From IMG/VR virus record IMGVR_UViG_3300045988_135203, positions 1 through 49,698 of that record: a DNA stretch of 49,698 nt; one strand, written 5' to 3'. The notes beneath the pieces were generated by a model. It worked only from the letters and a program-made list of their open reading frames with translations. It did not search any database and had not been told where the DNA came from. Shown here piece by piece: positions 17,889-25,639 of this stretch. How positions within the stretch are numbered: the first letter of the stretch is position 1; each line of letters opens with the position of its first letter. The position numbers and the translations under genes were made by a program. The DNA is from a virus.

Positions 17889-18128
17889 TTAATCCTCCGG
17901 CATAAAATAAGTTTTTGTATCTCGTTTGTAAGCATCCATAACCGCACAAAAGACTTGTTTCGCTCTTTCAAGAGTTTTATAACTTCCTAATTTGCGGCTA
18001 TTATACATCATATATTCTCCAACGGGGAAAGCTAAAATCTTACTTTCCCCATCGCCCCCGTTAATTACACTTATTGTAATCTGTTCTATTGGAACTGATG
18101 TTGTTTTTTTCTGATTTATTATAAGCAT
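17889..18128 (-). CDS. Hypothetical protein
   Basis: 79-aa ORF whose 3' end contains the RBS of the NUDIX gene. Confidence 0.5.
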   Translation of the reverse strand: MLIINQKKTTSVPIEQITISVINGGDGESKILAFPVGEYMMYNSRKLGSYKTLERAKQVFCAVMDAYKRDTKTYFMPED

Positions 18129-18133
18129 TTACT

Positions 18134-18598
18134 TCACTCCTGTTCTTTATAATTCATACAAGTTTGAGATATTTCTCTTAAACAGCCATTTGTTTCACTC
18201 CAACAGCAGCATCCTTTTTTACAAGTTTTTTCGATAAGCTCGGGATTTTTTACTACCGTCACGGAAATCATCGGACCTTGTTGAATTTGTTTTGATACCT
18301 GTTTCGGAAGTGTATCGTCCATAAGAAAAGCACAAGAAGTTTCTCCGTCACCAAATATTTTACACATATAACAAGTTCCATATAATGAGAAACAATGAGG
18401 GCAAACGCAAGCATTCTTATATGGGTCATAAATTACATTTTCTTTTGGAATAATTCTTCCGCATTTCCAGCAGACTTCAAGATTAGTAGTGAAATTTGAG
18501 CAAGATTCTTGTGCGGGATTGTGGATTGGTAATTTTGTTCTAATACATATACTATTATTTGCCAGCGCGCATTTACTACAGGTTTTATCTTCTCTCAA
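18134..18598 (-). CDS. Cys-rich zinc-finger-like protein
   Basis: 154 aa with more than 20 Cys, including CSKC, CWKCG, CVCPHC and CYMC. Confidence 0.55.
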   Translation of the reverse strand: MREDKTCSKCALANNSICIRTKLPIHNPAQESCSNFTTNLEVCWKCGRIIPKENVIYDPYKNACVCPHCFSLYGTCYMCKIFGDGETSCAFLMDDTLPKQVSKQIQQGPMISVTVVKNPELIEKTCKKGCCCWSETNGCLREISQTCMNYKEQE

Positions 18599-18809
18599 TT
18601 TTATTCATCTCCTCTTCTGTAATAACAACAACAGAACTTTCTTCAAAAAGATAAATACGGTCAATAGAAATAAGAGTTTCTTTGTATTCATCTTCAATAA
18701 TTTCTGCGGCATCTGTAAAGGAATCTGCAAAGCTAATACCGCATTCCTGTTTTTCTTTTTCAGAGATTTCATCATAATATGTAACTTTGTAGGTAAATGG
18801 ATATTTCAT
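18585..18809 (-). CDS. Small acidic hypothetical protein
   Basis: 74 aa with a class A promoter at 18847-18875. Confidence 0.5.
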   Translation of the reverse strand: MKYPFTYKVTYYDEISEKEKQECGISFADSFTDAAEIIEDEYKETLISIDRIYLFEESSVVVITEEEMNKIERR

Positions 18810-18846
18810 CTATTTTTTATTCTCCTTTCCTTTACTTTCTAAATAT

Positions 18847-18875
18847 ATTATATTATAATTTTATTAAGAAATCAA
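18847..18875 (-). promoter_or_regulatory. Class A promoter for 18585-18809
   Basis: TTGATT-N17-TATAAT. Confidence 0.5.
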
Positions 18876-18927
18876 TAAAGAACTTAATATTTAGTTGTAA
18901 TTTTTATAGAAAGGATTTTAAAGAAAA

Positions 18928-19134
18928 ATGGGAATGCTCCTAATAGATGAAAATAATATTACTGATAATGCTTTAATGTATATTGGATTTGATTTAGGTA
19001 TTGGAACGGATGATTGTATGTGCTTTAAAGTAGACCCAGATACTGGCGCGCAATGGCAAGCATTAGACCAAGTTAAATATGCAGAAAAGGTTAGAGAAAC
19101 AATTCGTGTAGATTATGAAGAGGAAGAGGATTAA
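18928..19134 (+). CDS. Small acidic hypothetical protein (plus-strand island)
   Basis: 68-aa ORF whose TAA overlaps the start of the next gene (TAATATG). Confidence 0.5.
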   Translation: MGMLLIDENNITDNALMYIGFDLGIGTDDCMCFKVDPDTGAQWQALDQVKYAEKVRETIRVDYEEEED

Positions 19135-19135
19135 T

Positions 19136-19582
19136 ATGACTGGAAGAATAGGTTCATGGAAAGGCATGGATGTTATTAAAGTTGGAAAGTATGAGTATGA
19201 TACCAGTAGTGAAATAAACCCTAAGAAATATATTTATGCGGTTTATAATTTAATTGGTGATGGAAATACTTATTTAATTAAGGATGATACTGTATTCGCG
19301 CAGTTACTTAATGAAGATGGCGATATTGATATGGTTGAAGAGAAGAAATATTATAGACCTGGAGAATTTAGTGTTCTAAAAAAGTATAAGAGAAAATTTA
19401 AAGATGCAGAGGGTGAATTTACTTTTAGTAAAGAAACTGTTTGTTTTAATGAGGATATACTTCCAAAAGGGAAAAGTAAAAATGCGGGAAAGCGCGCTGC
19501 CATTAAAACGGTAGATGATTGGATAGGATTTGGTATGAATGCTACTGTAGAAGAAATACTTAAAGGAAAGGGAAAAAGCTAA
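19136..19582 (+). CDS. Hypothetical protein (plus-strand island)
   Basis: Start MTGRIGSWKG with a GAGGAAGAGGA RBS, followed by the bidirectional terminator at 19593-19630. Confidence 0.55.
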   Translation: MTGRIGSWKGMDVIKVGKYEYDTSSEINPKKYIYAVYNLIGDGNTYLIKDDTVFAQLLNEDGDIDMVEEKKYYRPGEFSVLKKYKRKFKDAEGEFTFSKETVCFNEDILPKGKSKNAGKRAAIKTVDDWIGFGMNATVEEILKGKGKS

Positions 19583-19592
19583 CGCTTTTTCC

Positions 19593-19630
19593 TAAAAAAA
19601 TAAAAGGCTTAAAAGCCTTTTATTTTTTTA
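19593..19630. terminator. Bidirectional intrinsic terminator between convergent genes
   Basis: AAAAAAATAAAAGGCTTAAAAGCCTTTTATTTTTTTATT, a hairpin flanked by an A-run and a T-run. Confidence 0.7.
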
Positions 19631-20194
19631 TTAAAGTCCAATTTCCCGCAAAAACTTAGAAATATTGTCCTCTTTTTTAACGTTATCATATTTTTTAAGA
19701 TTCTCATACTCACAAGTAGGTTTAATTTTAAGTAAACCAGCTTTTGCTAATTCATCTAACAGTTCATCAAGGTTTTCTGCTTCTGGAATTAAGAATGGTT
19801 TGGTTAATGCTGGCTCAGTTTTTGCATTATCAATACATTTTATTGCCTCAAAAATTCCAGCCGGCAAAGTATCAATGATTTCTTTTGTAAAAGCTTTAAG
19901 GTCATTAGCTGCTTCATTTGCCATTTCATCAGTAAAAATAAAATCATTTGGAATAAGGTCTGGGTAAGAAACTGTAATAAAGTCAAATACAGCTTTTACC
20001 ACTTTAATCGCAGATTTGTTAATATTTTCTTCTCGTACTTTAGCCGCATCTTCTTTAGCTTTCTTCTCCATTGCTGCCTCAATAGAAGCATTAAGCTGTT
20101 TCTCGAACATGTTTGCCGCATCTGCTGTTGTCATTTCACCATTAAGAATTGCTGCTGTAATGTCACTGATTGTTAATACGTTTTTGTTTTCCAT
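19631..20194 (-). CDS. Acidic hypothetical protein
   Basis: 187 aa, convergent with 19136-19582, with a class A promoter at 20238-20266. Confidence 0.6.
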   Translation of the reverse strand: MENKNVLTISDITAAILNGEMTTADAANMFEKQLNASIEAAMEKKAKEDAAKVREENINKSAIKVVKAVFDFITVSYPDLIPNDFIFTDEMANEAANDLKAFTKEIIDTLPAGIFEAIKCIDNAKTEPALTKPFLIPEAENLDELLDELAKAGLLKIKPTCEYENLKKYDNVKKEDNISKFLREIGL

Positions 20195-20237
20195 AAATTT
20201 TTACCTCTTTTTTCTATTTATTATTTATTTTATATAT

Positions 20238-20266
20238 ATTATATATTTTTTTTATTTAAAAATCAA
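20238..20266 (-). promoter_or_regulatory. Class A promoter for 19631-20194
   Basis: TTGATT-N17-TATAAT. Confidence 0.5.
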
Positions 20267-20279
20267 GGAAGATTTTAAG

Positions 20280-20678
20280 CTAGCCTTTATGCGGCGTATA
20301 GGCATCAATCGCGCATAGGTCAAATGGATGAAATTGTTCATAAATGCGTATTTCCGCAAATGATGGTTCATCTTTAAAGGTTAATGCCGCTTTGATTATT
20401 TGTACTTTGCCATTGCAAAAATATGCTTTCCACACATCTCCCTGTTCTTCTCCTACTCCATAAAGTAAGAAATATGTATTTGGAAATGCAAGAGAAAGTA
20501 TTCTCATGTCATCTTTATAATCGTACCATTTGCGCGGTTCTTCAAATTCTTCTTCAAAAGATTCAGCATTTGGAGAAAATTCTTGGGGGTTAATTTCTGC
20601 AAGAACTTTGAGATAATCATGTTGAGAATAATTACGGTCTGTTAATGCTGTAAGTTTAAAGCGAGTTTCATATCCCAT
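20280..20678 (-). CDS. Hypothetical protein
   Basis: 132 aa with a class A promoter at 20765-20793. Confidence 0.6.
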   Translation of the reverse strand: MGYETRFKLTALTDRNYSQHDYLKVLAEINPQEFSPNAESFEEEFEEPRKWYDYKDDMRILSLAFPNTYFLLYGVGEEQGDVWKAYFCNGKVQIIKAALTFKDEPSFAEIRIYEQFHPFDLCAIDAYTPHKG

Positions 20679-20764
20679 TTAATATACCGAAGGTATAGGC
20701 GATAGCCATTTCCTTTTCCTTTTCTTTATTATGATGAAAACTTCGTTTTCATCTTTATGTATAT

Positions 20765-20793
20765 ATAATATAATATTTTTTATAAAAAATCAA
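20765..20793 (-). promoter_or_regulatory. Class A promoter for 20280-20678
   Basis: TTGATT-N17-TATTAT. Confidence 0.5.
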
Positions 20794-20825
20794 TGGGGTA
20801 AGATGAATGGCAATAAAGAGAATGG

Positions 20826-20997
20826 TAAATGGCGATTTGGCCTTGAAATTTTTAAATAGAATCATAATAAATGGTGAATTGCCCTTGAAATTTTTAAGTT
20901 AAATTGTCCTAAATTACGATTTGGCTTTTAATTTTTTAAATAGAATCATAGTAAATGGCAAAATGCCCTTGAAATTTTTAAGTTAAATTGTCCTAAA
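20826..20997. repeat. Tandem direct repeats (about 2 x 86 bp, each of two ~43-bp sub-repeats)
   Basis: AAATGG(C/T)GA(A/T)TTG(G/C)CCTTGAAATTTTTAA(A/G)T(A/T)(G/A)AAT... recurs four times, alternating with TAGAATCATA(A/G)TAAATGG and GTTAAATTGTCCTAAAT. Confidence 0.65.
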
Positions 20998-21039
20998 TCT
21001 TAAATAAATCATTTAAGATAGTGATTTGCCCTGCGCGGC

Positions 21040-21165
21040 CCTCGGCCAAGCACTCCCAAATTAAGTTCTTCCTCTCCATAAACCGAAATAAAAATATTAA
21101 TATGGGCGAAGCCAAGCACTCACATTTCTAATTCTTCCTTTCTGAAAACCGAAATAAAAATATTC
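21040..21165. repeat. Two ~57-bp direct repeats
   Basis: G(C/A)(C/A)AAGCCAAGCACTC(C/A)CA... T(T/A)CTTCCT(C/T)TC(C/T)... AACCGAAATAAAAATATT occurs twice. Confidence 0.6.
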
Positions 21166-21481
21166 TATTACTAGGGGACCCATTTCAAATATTCAAATGA
21201 AAAATTCAAAACCTCAAGGAACAAAGCAAAAATTGAACTGAAACAAAAATCTCTCAACTGCTGCTTAAGAACAAGCTTTAATAGGAAGTGATTAAATTTC
21301 ATCTACCCTATATATTTGTAATAAAATTAATCATTTTTCCTTAGACTCGTGGTGTCATAAAAACAAGAATCAGCAAAGTGGTTAAGAAAATTTCGTCTCA
21401 TATATAATGGGTGAGTGCAAAAAGTTAACCACTTTGTTAAAATCTCTTATAGAAGTCTAAAGGCTGGCCTTTAGGTAAACC

Positions 21482-21535
21482 ATGGACACTTTTTGTGTAT
21501 ACTATATATACATAGTATACACAAAAAGTGTCCAT
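21482..21535. repeat. Perfect 24-bp inverted repeat with 6-nt spacer
   Basis: ATGGACACTTTTTGTGTATACTAT atatac ATAGTATACACAAAAAGTGTCCAT, about 55 bp upstream of the plus-strand promoter of 21668-22354. Confidence 0.8.
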
Positions 21536-21588
21536 CCTTTGCAGAGGGTCCAGAGGATTATTGCTTACTTCAACTTTGGACAAAAGGA

Positions 21589-21617
21589 TTGAACTAGTTT
21601 AAAATAAATTATATAAT
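21589..21617 (+). promoter_or_regulatory. Plus-strand sigma70-type promoter for 21668-22354
   Basis: TTGAAC-N17-TATAAT just downstream of the 24-bp palindrome. Confidence 0.5.
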
Positions 21618-21667
21618 ATATAGAGGATAAAACCTCAATAAAATTTTTTAGAAAGGAAAAATACAAA

Positions 21668-22354
21668 ATGAATCAAGTGAATTTAAGTAGAACTGCATTA
21701 AATAAAAAATGCGGTTTAACGTCAAAACAATGGACTCGTTATCACGATAGTATTATTACTTATTTAAGTGAATACTTTAAAGTATTTGAAGAACACAAAA
21801 CAGAAGGAAATCTTTATTATTATGTAATTGGCTATGATAACGAATGGCCAGAAATCCCAAAATTTAGTATTAGAAATTTTAACAAACAACAGCGTGAACA
21901 AGATTATGAAGAATTTGTTAAAGGTAATTTACCAAATGAATTTGCACCAGAAAGTAAAGCTAGAATGTCAAGAGTTGCCATTAGAGAATTTGGTAATAGA
22001 AAATATAGACATTGTAGTAGTCAAGCAGTTGCAGAGCGTTATGTTGGTCCAGCTATGGAAAAGTTTGGAGAAAAAAGCGGTGTTAAAGTTTGGGTAAATC
22101 ATAAAACTTATACTAAATTAGATAAAGAACAACATGAGTTTTTAAAAGAATGTTTTGAAAGATTTGATTTACCAGAAGCTAAAAGAGCTAAGATATTAGA
22201 CCAAATTTGTTCAGCTATTCAATGTGGTGAAACAAATGTTCAAAGTCTTATTCCACTTAATACTTATCAACAAGTATTAGATGCTTTTAAACAGCGCTAT
22301 GATTTTATTCCAATAGTAGTAGATGAATGGAGAGCTAAAGAAGCAGCATGGTAA
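21668..22354 (+). CDS. Putative DNA-binding regulator or replication-initiator-like protein (N-terminal HTH-like segment); lone plus-strand gene
   Basis: 228 aa with the N-terminal segment LSRTALNKKCGLTSKQWTRY, its own plus-strand promoter TTGAAC-N17-TATAAT at 21589-21617, and flanking related repeats. Confidence 0.6.
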   Translation: MNQVNLSRTALNKKCGLTSKQWTRYHDSIITYLSEYFKVFEEHKTEGNLYYYVIGYDNEWPEIPKFSIRNFNKQQREQDYEEFVKGNLPNEFAPESKARMSRVAIREFGNRKYRHCSSQAVAERYVGPAMEKFGEKSGVKVWVNHKTYTKLDKEQHEFLKECFERFDLPEAKRAKILDQICSAIQCGETNVQSLIPLNTYQQVLDAFKQRYDFIPIVVDEWRAKEAAW

Positions 22355-22461
22355 TGTAGGGGAGAGATTTATTCTCTCCCTTTTATTTTTGCGGCGACGC
22401 AGGTTCATCACTCTTATAGCTGGAATTAAAGTAGAATAGGGGCAGTAAAATCTTATATAAA

Positions 22462-22506
22462 TTATATATAGTATTCACAGGAAGTGTACCTATTCGTCAG
22501 AGGGTC
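22462..22506. repeat. Direct-repeat copy of the right arm of the 21482-21535 palindrome plus CAGAGGGTC
   Basis: AGTATTCACAGGAAGTGTACCTATTCGTCAGAGGGTCTCGATT resembles 21514-21556 AGTATACACAAAAAGTGTCCATCCTTTGCAGAGGGTCCAGAGGATT. Confidence 0.6.
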
Positions 22507-22599
22507 TCGATTAAATCTACGGAGCGGCAGCAGGTGCGCGAATAAAATTATCTTTTTTTAATATTATAACATAATATAAATAATTAATCAATAATTCTC

Positions 22600-22888
22600 A
22601 TTACCCTCGCCCGCATTAAAGAACGAGTCTCCGTTTTGGCTTAAAGAAACCGCAGGTTTCTTTAGCCTAATGAGGAGACAAATTTGGGGCGCGCCCTTTT
22701 TAAAGGGCGCAAGGGCTTCTTCCCGCAATTCACTTTACTCATGGATAAGAGCCATATGCTAGGTAATGCGGCCGGGTGCGCGGTTTCGGGAAAATTAGGC
22801 GCCATATGAAAACCGCTAGAAGTAGAAAAAAATCGCCATATGGGGTTCGCGAGCGGGAATTCGGGCCTTGCCTGTCGTCGGCGGCCCG
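22600..22888 (-). ncRNA. Candidate ~290-nt GC-rich structured noncoding RNA
   Basis: A GC-rich island in an AT-rich genome driven by a consensus promoter. Nested helices include GUCUCC...GGAGAC enclosing GGCUAAAGAAACC-UGC-GGUUUCUUUAAGCC, GGGCGCGCCC/AAGGGCGC, and CAUAUG repeated three times. Only Arg-rich ORFs without an RBS are present. Confidence 0.4.
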
Positions 22889-22890
22889 CC

Positions 22891-22920
22891 ATTATATCAC
22901 ACTTATCATTCTTTTGTCAA
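22891..22920 (-). promoter_or_regulatory. Minus-strand promoter of cassette 1 driving the GC-rich ncRNA candidate
   Basis: TTGACA-N17-TGATATAAT. Confidence 0.55.
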
Positions 22921-23048
22921 GCCCTTTTCTGCATTTAATTTCGATTCAGCAATTTGCACAAATCTAACCTTCAAAATTCGTCAAATTGCACAAACCGCAA
23001 AAATGCACAAAAAAGAGAGCAAATCCGCTCTCAATTTTGTTTATTATT

Positions 23049-23348
23049 TTAAAAAATGTAAGTTGCGTATAAAATACAATCAGCTACTGGTTCTGTCTGA
23101 TTATTTACCGTAGTGGCAAATGCAACAGCCACCGCGTAAATATCACATCCAGGAGAATCGAACACATGGTCACATTCAACCTCAAAATCAAATTTTTCAT
23201 TATCTTCTGGAATATATTCTTTTCCAACTTCTGAGATAACATCTTCAAATGACTCATCGTTTTCATTTATCTCTTTCCAACAGTCATCTCCCTCACTCCA
23301 AAATCCTCTTTTAATTAACATCTTTTCCAGATAATCTGCAAAACTCAT
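23049..23348 (-). CDS. Acidic hypothetical protein
   Basis: 99 aa with promoter TTGACT-N17-TATACT at 23380-23408. Confidence 0.55.
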   Translation of the reverse strand: MSFADYLEKMLIKRGFWSEGDDCWKEINENDESFEDVISEVGKEYIPEDNEKFDFEVECDHVFDSPGCDIYAVAVAFATTVNNQTEPVADCILYATYIF

Positions 23349-23379
23349 TTTTTATACCTCTCTTTCATTTGTTGAATTA

Positions 23380-23408
23380 AGTATACCATGTTTTAATTAA
23401 AAAGTCAA
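23380..23408 (-). promoter_or_regulatory. Class B promoter for 23049-23348
   Basis: TTGACT-N17-TATACT overlapping the terminator hairpin at 23413-23439. Confidence 0.5.
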
Positions 23409-23409
23409 G

Positions 23410-23440
23410 CGTTTTGGGGAAAATTTTCCCCAAAACTTAC
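23410..23440 (-). terminator. Terminator hairpin after 23440-23838 overlapping the next promoter
   Basis: GTTTTGGGGAAAATTTTCCCCAAAAC, a 10-bp stem, then a U-rich stretch on the minus strand. Confidence 0.5.
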
Positions 23441-23838
23441 TATTTTTTGGCTTTTCGCTTCTGGACAAGCGTTAATTCATAGTCATTTGAACCAATTTGA
23501 AAGAAAATCTGCCTTTCTGTATTGGTAATTTGTACATTTTCCGCACAAATTTCAGAATTTTCATTCAAAAACCGCTCAATTTCAGTAATAATCTTCTGTT
23601 TTACAGGGTTTTCTTTCTTCTTTTTGGCGGTATCGAACTTGTAAACAGTTCGTTTTTTTGTACCCGTACCCGCATATTTTTTAGCAACTTTTTTCTGCTC
23701 GGCGGATAACTCAAACAACTTTTCGCCCTTGTCAACCGCTTTATCATCCATGACCAACTGAATTGCTTCTGCTTCTGGAATGTCAAGGACTTTCATGTGA
23801 TGTTTTACAAGTTCCATGTCTTTTTGTGTAAGTTTCAT
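23440..23838 (-). CDS. Lys-rich protein, paralog family 2 (with 28807-29181)
   Basis: Shares MELxDI..EEA.Q...DD...DKGEKLF.L..EQ.K..KK ... KKTVYKFDT.K.KK.EN..KQ.IIT ... ENV..TN.ER with 28807-29181. Confidence 0.65.
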   Translation of the reverse strand: MKLTQKDMELVKHHMKVLDIPEAEAIQLVMDDKAVDKGEKLFELSAEQKKVAKKYAGTGTKKRTVYKFDTAKKKKENPVKQKIITEIERFLNENSEICAENVQITNTERQIFFQIGSNDYELTLVQKRKAKK

Positions 23839-23868
23839 AAATTATCAACTCCTTTATTTGATATATTT

Positions 23869-23897
23869 ATTATACTACCTTTTGGCTATTTTGTCAA
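23869..23897 (-). promoter_or_regulatory. Class B promoter for 23440-23838
   Basis: TTGACA-N17-TATAAT. Confidence 0.6.
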
Positions 23898-23927
23898 GGG
23901 TTCGGGGGAAAATCCCCCGAACTTTCT
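23898..23927 (-). terminator. Terminator hairpin after 23928-24302 overlapping the next promoter
   Basis: GTTCGGGGGATTTTCCCCCGAAC, a 10-bp stem. Confidence 0.45.
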
Positions 23928-24302
23928 TCATTCCTCAACAAGTGTAAAATAAGCTCTACGTTTTTCAACAACTCTATCAACTTTACCCTCTTTATAAAGG
24001 GCGGTAACAAGAGAAGTAACACGCTGATTAGTAAGTTCCGCAAGGTCTGGAACGGTTTTCATCATTTCAGATACAGTCTGTTTGTCAACTGTTTTGAGAT
24101 GAGCAAGGATTTTGACCTTGAGTTCCTCATTTTCTACCTGAGTGGCGGTAGGTTTTTTATTTGCGGAAGATTTTTTGTTTACCTGTGCAAGCATTTTCTG
24201 AAGCTTTTCAACAACCTCATCATACTGGTTATCTTCTTTCAGAACCTCGATTGCAGTTTCCAGTGCCATAGCGTTTGTCATTTTTTTGTTTGTCATAATC
24301 AT
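23928..24302 (-). CDS. Winged-helix-like protein, paralog family 1 (with 25693-26061 and 29228-29608)
   Basis: Shares N-terminal MTNAMALE.A.EVLKE and C-terminal ELTNQRVTSLVTALYKEGKVDRVVEKRRAYF (ArsR/MarR-like wing). Confidence 0.65.
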   Translation of the reverse strand: MIMTNKKMTNAMALETAIEVLKEDNQYDEVVEKLQKMLAQVNKKSSANKKPTATQVENEELKVKILAHLKTVDKQTVSEMMKTVPDLAELTNQRVTSLVTALYKEGKVDRVVEKRRAYFTLVEE

Positions 24303-24328
24303 TACCTCTTTCTTTATTTTATGTATTT

Positions 24329-24357
24329 ATTATATCACTTCTATATTCAGTTGTCAA
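24329..24357 (-). promoter_or_regulatory. Class B promoter for 23928-24302
   Basis: TTGACA-N17-TATAAT. Confidence 0.6.
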
Positions 24358-24461
24358 GACTTTTTTAAAACTTTTTTATTTTGGTGGGCTTCTCATTTTT
24401 ATTATCTCCCTTCCTTTATCTTTATACTTATTATAACACCCTTGTGGCTTTTTGTCAAGTG

Positions 24462-25070
24462 TTAATTTACATATTCTGCAAAAAATTTGTCTGCTTCTGT
24501 CATGTCAAAATGTTCGCTAATAAAGCGGTCATTCTTAAAAAAGCTGTTCGGGTATTTTTTGATATACTTTGCTCGAAACATAGACTCTACACCCTCAGCC
24601 GGCAGATTACCGCAGTCATAAACCCTATTAATAACGCAATAGGTTGCTCCCATGCCTTTATAAGTTTTTGAATTTAGTTCTTCTCTGATTCTCTGGAATA
24701 CGCTTCTTGTGGTTGTGCCGACTTTACTGCATACAAGTTCCATCTGTTCATTGAAAAATGCAATTAAATAACATTTTTCTAAACCTTTAGAATCATCCCA
24801 TGTCTTACAATCTTCTGAAATTGCAATACCCTCTTTTTTAATTTTTGCGGTAACGACTTTCCGCACATCTGTAATTTTATTAATTACTTTTTCTACTGGA
24901 TTGAGAACGTATGTTTTTACCCATTCTTTACTACTGGAATAAATCTTTTCACATACTTCAAACCAACGTTTTTTCCAACAAGGTGAAGTTGCTTTCCATC
25001 TTTCGTATGCACCCTCAAAATCATTGTTTTCCAGATACCAGTCCATTTTTTTATTTGCCATTTTTATCAA
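24462..25070 (-). CDS. Hypothetical protein
   Basis: 202 aa with a class B promoter at 25095-25123. Confidence 0.6.
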   Translation of the reverse strand: MIKMANKKMDWYLENNDFEGAYERWKATSPCWKKRWFEVCEKIYSSSKEWVKTYVLNPVEKVINKITDVRKVVTAKIKKEGIAISEDCKTWDDSKGLEKCYLIAFFNEQMELVCSKVGTTTRSVFQRIREELNSKTYKGMGATYCVINRVYDCGNLPAEGVESMFRAKYIKKYPNSFFKNDRFISEHFDMTEADKFFAEYVN

Positions 25071-25094
25071 TCCTCTCTGTTTTTCTATGTCTTT

Positions 25095-25123
25095 ATTATA
25101 GCACCTATTGGTTAGCTTGTCAA
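25095..25123 (-). promoter_or_regulatory. Class B promoter for 24462-25070
   Basis: TTGACA-N17-TGCTATAAT (extended -10). Confidence 0.6.
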
Positions 25124-25284
25124 GCGTTTTCTATAACTTTTTCAATCATTTTAAAGCGGTTAAAAATTACCTTACCACCACGAAATGTCAGACAAATCAT
25201 AGCAGTACCCTCAATTTGTGTAACATCATACACAAGTTTCTGACTTTTCAGTAATCCTACTAAAATTTCATAATCTGTTCTCAT
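25120..25284 (-). CDS. Small hypothetical protein (start trimmed; the 5' part of the track ORF is cassette 2 read antisense)
   Basis: ATG at 25284 with a GAGAGG RBS. The upstream 78 codons of the track ORF overlap a conserved noncoding cassette. Confidence 0.45.
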   Translation of the reverse strand: MRTDYEILVGLLKSQKLVYDVTQIEGTAMICLTFRGGKVIFNRFKMIEKVIENA

Positions 25285-25442
25285 TTCGTTTACCTCTCTT
25301 TCATTTGATACATTAAGTATACCATGAGCGGAGTAGAAATGCAAGTAGTAATATTGCACAAAGATGCGGCGAATTTTTTGTGCAATGTGCTGACTGGAGA
25401 ATTTTGGGAAATTTTGCGGTAAAAATTTGTGCAATTTTACTA

Positions 25443-25471
25443 TTGACAAATTTTGTGTCGTGTGGTATAAT
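25443..25471 (+). promoter_or_regulatory. Plus-strand (antisense-oriented) promoter of cassette 2
   Basis: TTGACA-N17-TGGTATAAT. Confidence 0.6.
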
Positions 25472-25477
25472 GATGAA

Positions 25478-25592
25478 TTCGGCCTAGCACAGTCGTGCGC
25501 CGGCCGCTCAAAAGTCAAGATGTAATTTTACACAAAAATAATTTTCGTCAAATTGCACAAAAAAGAAAGAGTCTGAATATTCAGACTCTTTC
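25478..25592 (+). ncRNA. Candidate ~115-nt antisense/small RNA of cassette 2
   Basis: Bounded by a consensus promoter and an intrinsic terminator, with a conserved 5' GC hairpin. Confidence 0.4.
25565..25592 (+). terminator. Intrinsic terminator of the cassette 2 RNA
   Basis: AAAGAGTCTGAATATTCAGACTCTTT. Confidence 0.5.
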
Positions 25593-25639
25593 ACAAGAAA
25601 GGAGGAAAACAAAATGATTAGTCAAAACCTTTCGGTTTA

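Larger units (their letters stand above)
22560..23050. promoter_or_regulatory. Regulatory cassette 1 (TTGCACAAA repeats, GC hairpin, minus promoter, GC-rich ncRNA)
   Basis: GAATTCGGGCCTTGCC...GGCGGCCCGCC hairpin, TTGCACAAA at three sites in 22940-23030 (twice with a mismatch), no long clean ORF. Confidence 0.5.
25340..25600. promoter_or_regulatory. Regulatory cassette 2 (operator-like repeats, antisense promoter, hairpin sRNA, terminator)
   Basis: TTGCACAAA once and its reverse-complement TTGTGCAA (two exact, one near-exact) between 25350-25440, plus GAATTTTGGGAAATT. Promoter at 25443-25471, hairpin CGGCCTAGCACAGTCGTGCGCCGGCCG, terminator at 25565-25592. Confidence 0.5.

Noticed and set aside
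20800-21010. Possible CRISPR array
   Set aside because: The repeats are about 43 bp and abut directly without unique spacers of uniform length. They are tandem iterons rather than a repeat-spacer architecture, and no cas genes are present.
22662-23113. ORFs 22662-22892 (-), 22776-22967 (+) and 22868-23113 (+)
   Set aside because: They lie in the GC-rich structured noncoding region and cassette 1. They have Arg/Pro-rich artefactual composition, no RBS, and overlap promoter and operator elements.
25285-25518. 5' part of ORF 25120-25518 (-)
   Set aside because: It runs through cassette 2 (promoter, hairpin, operator repeats). The real start is more likely the internal ATG at 25284, which has an RBS.
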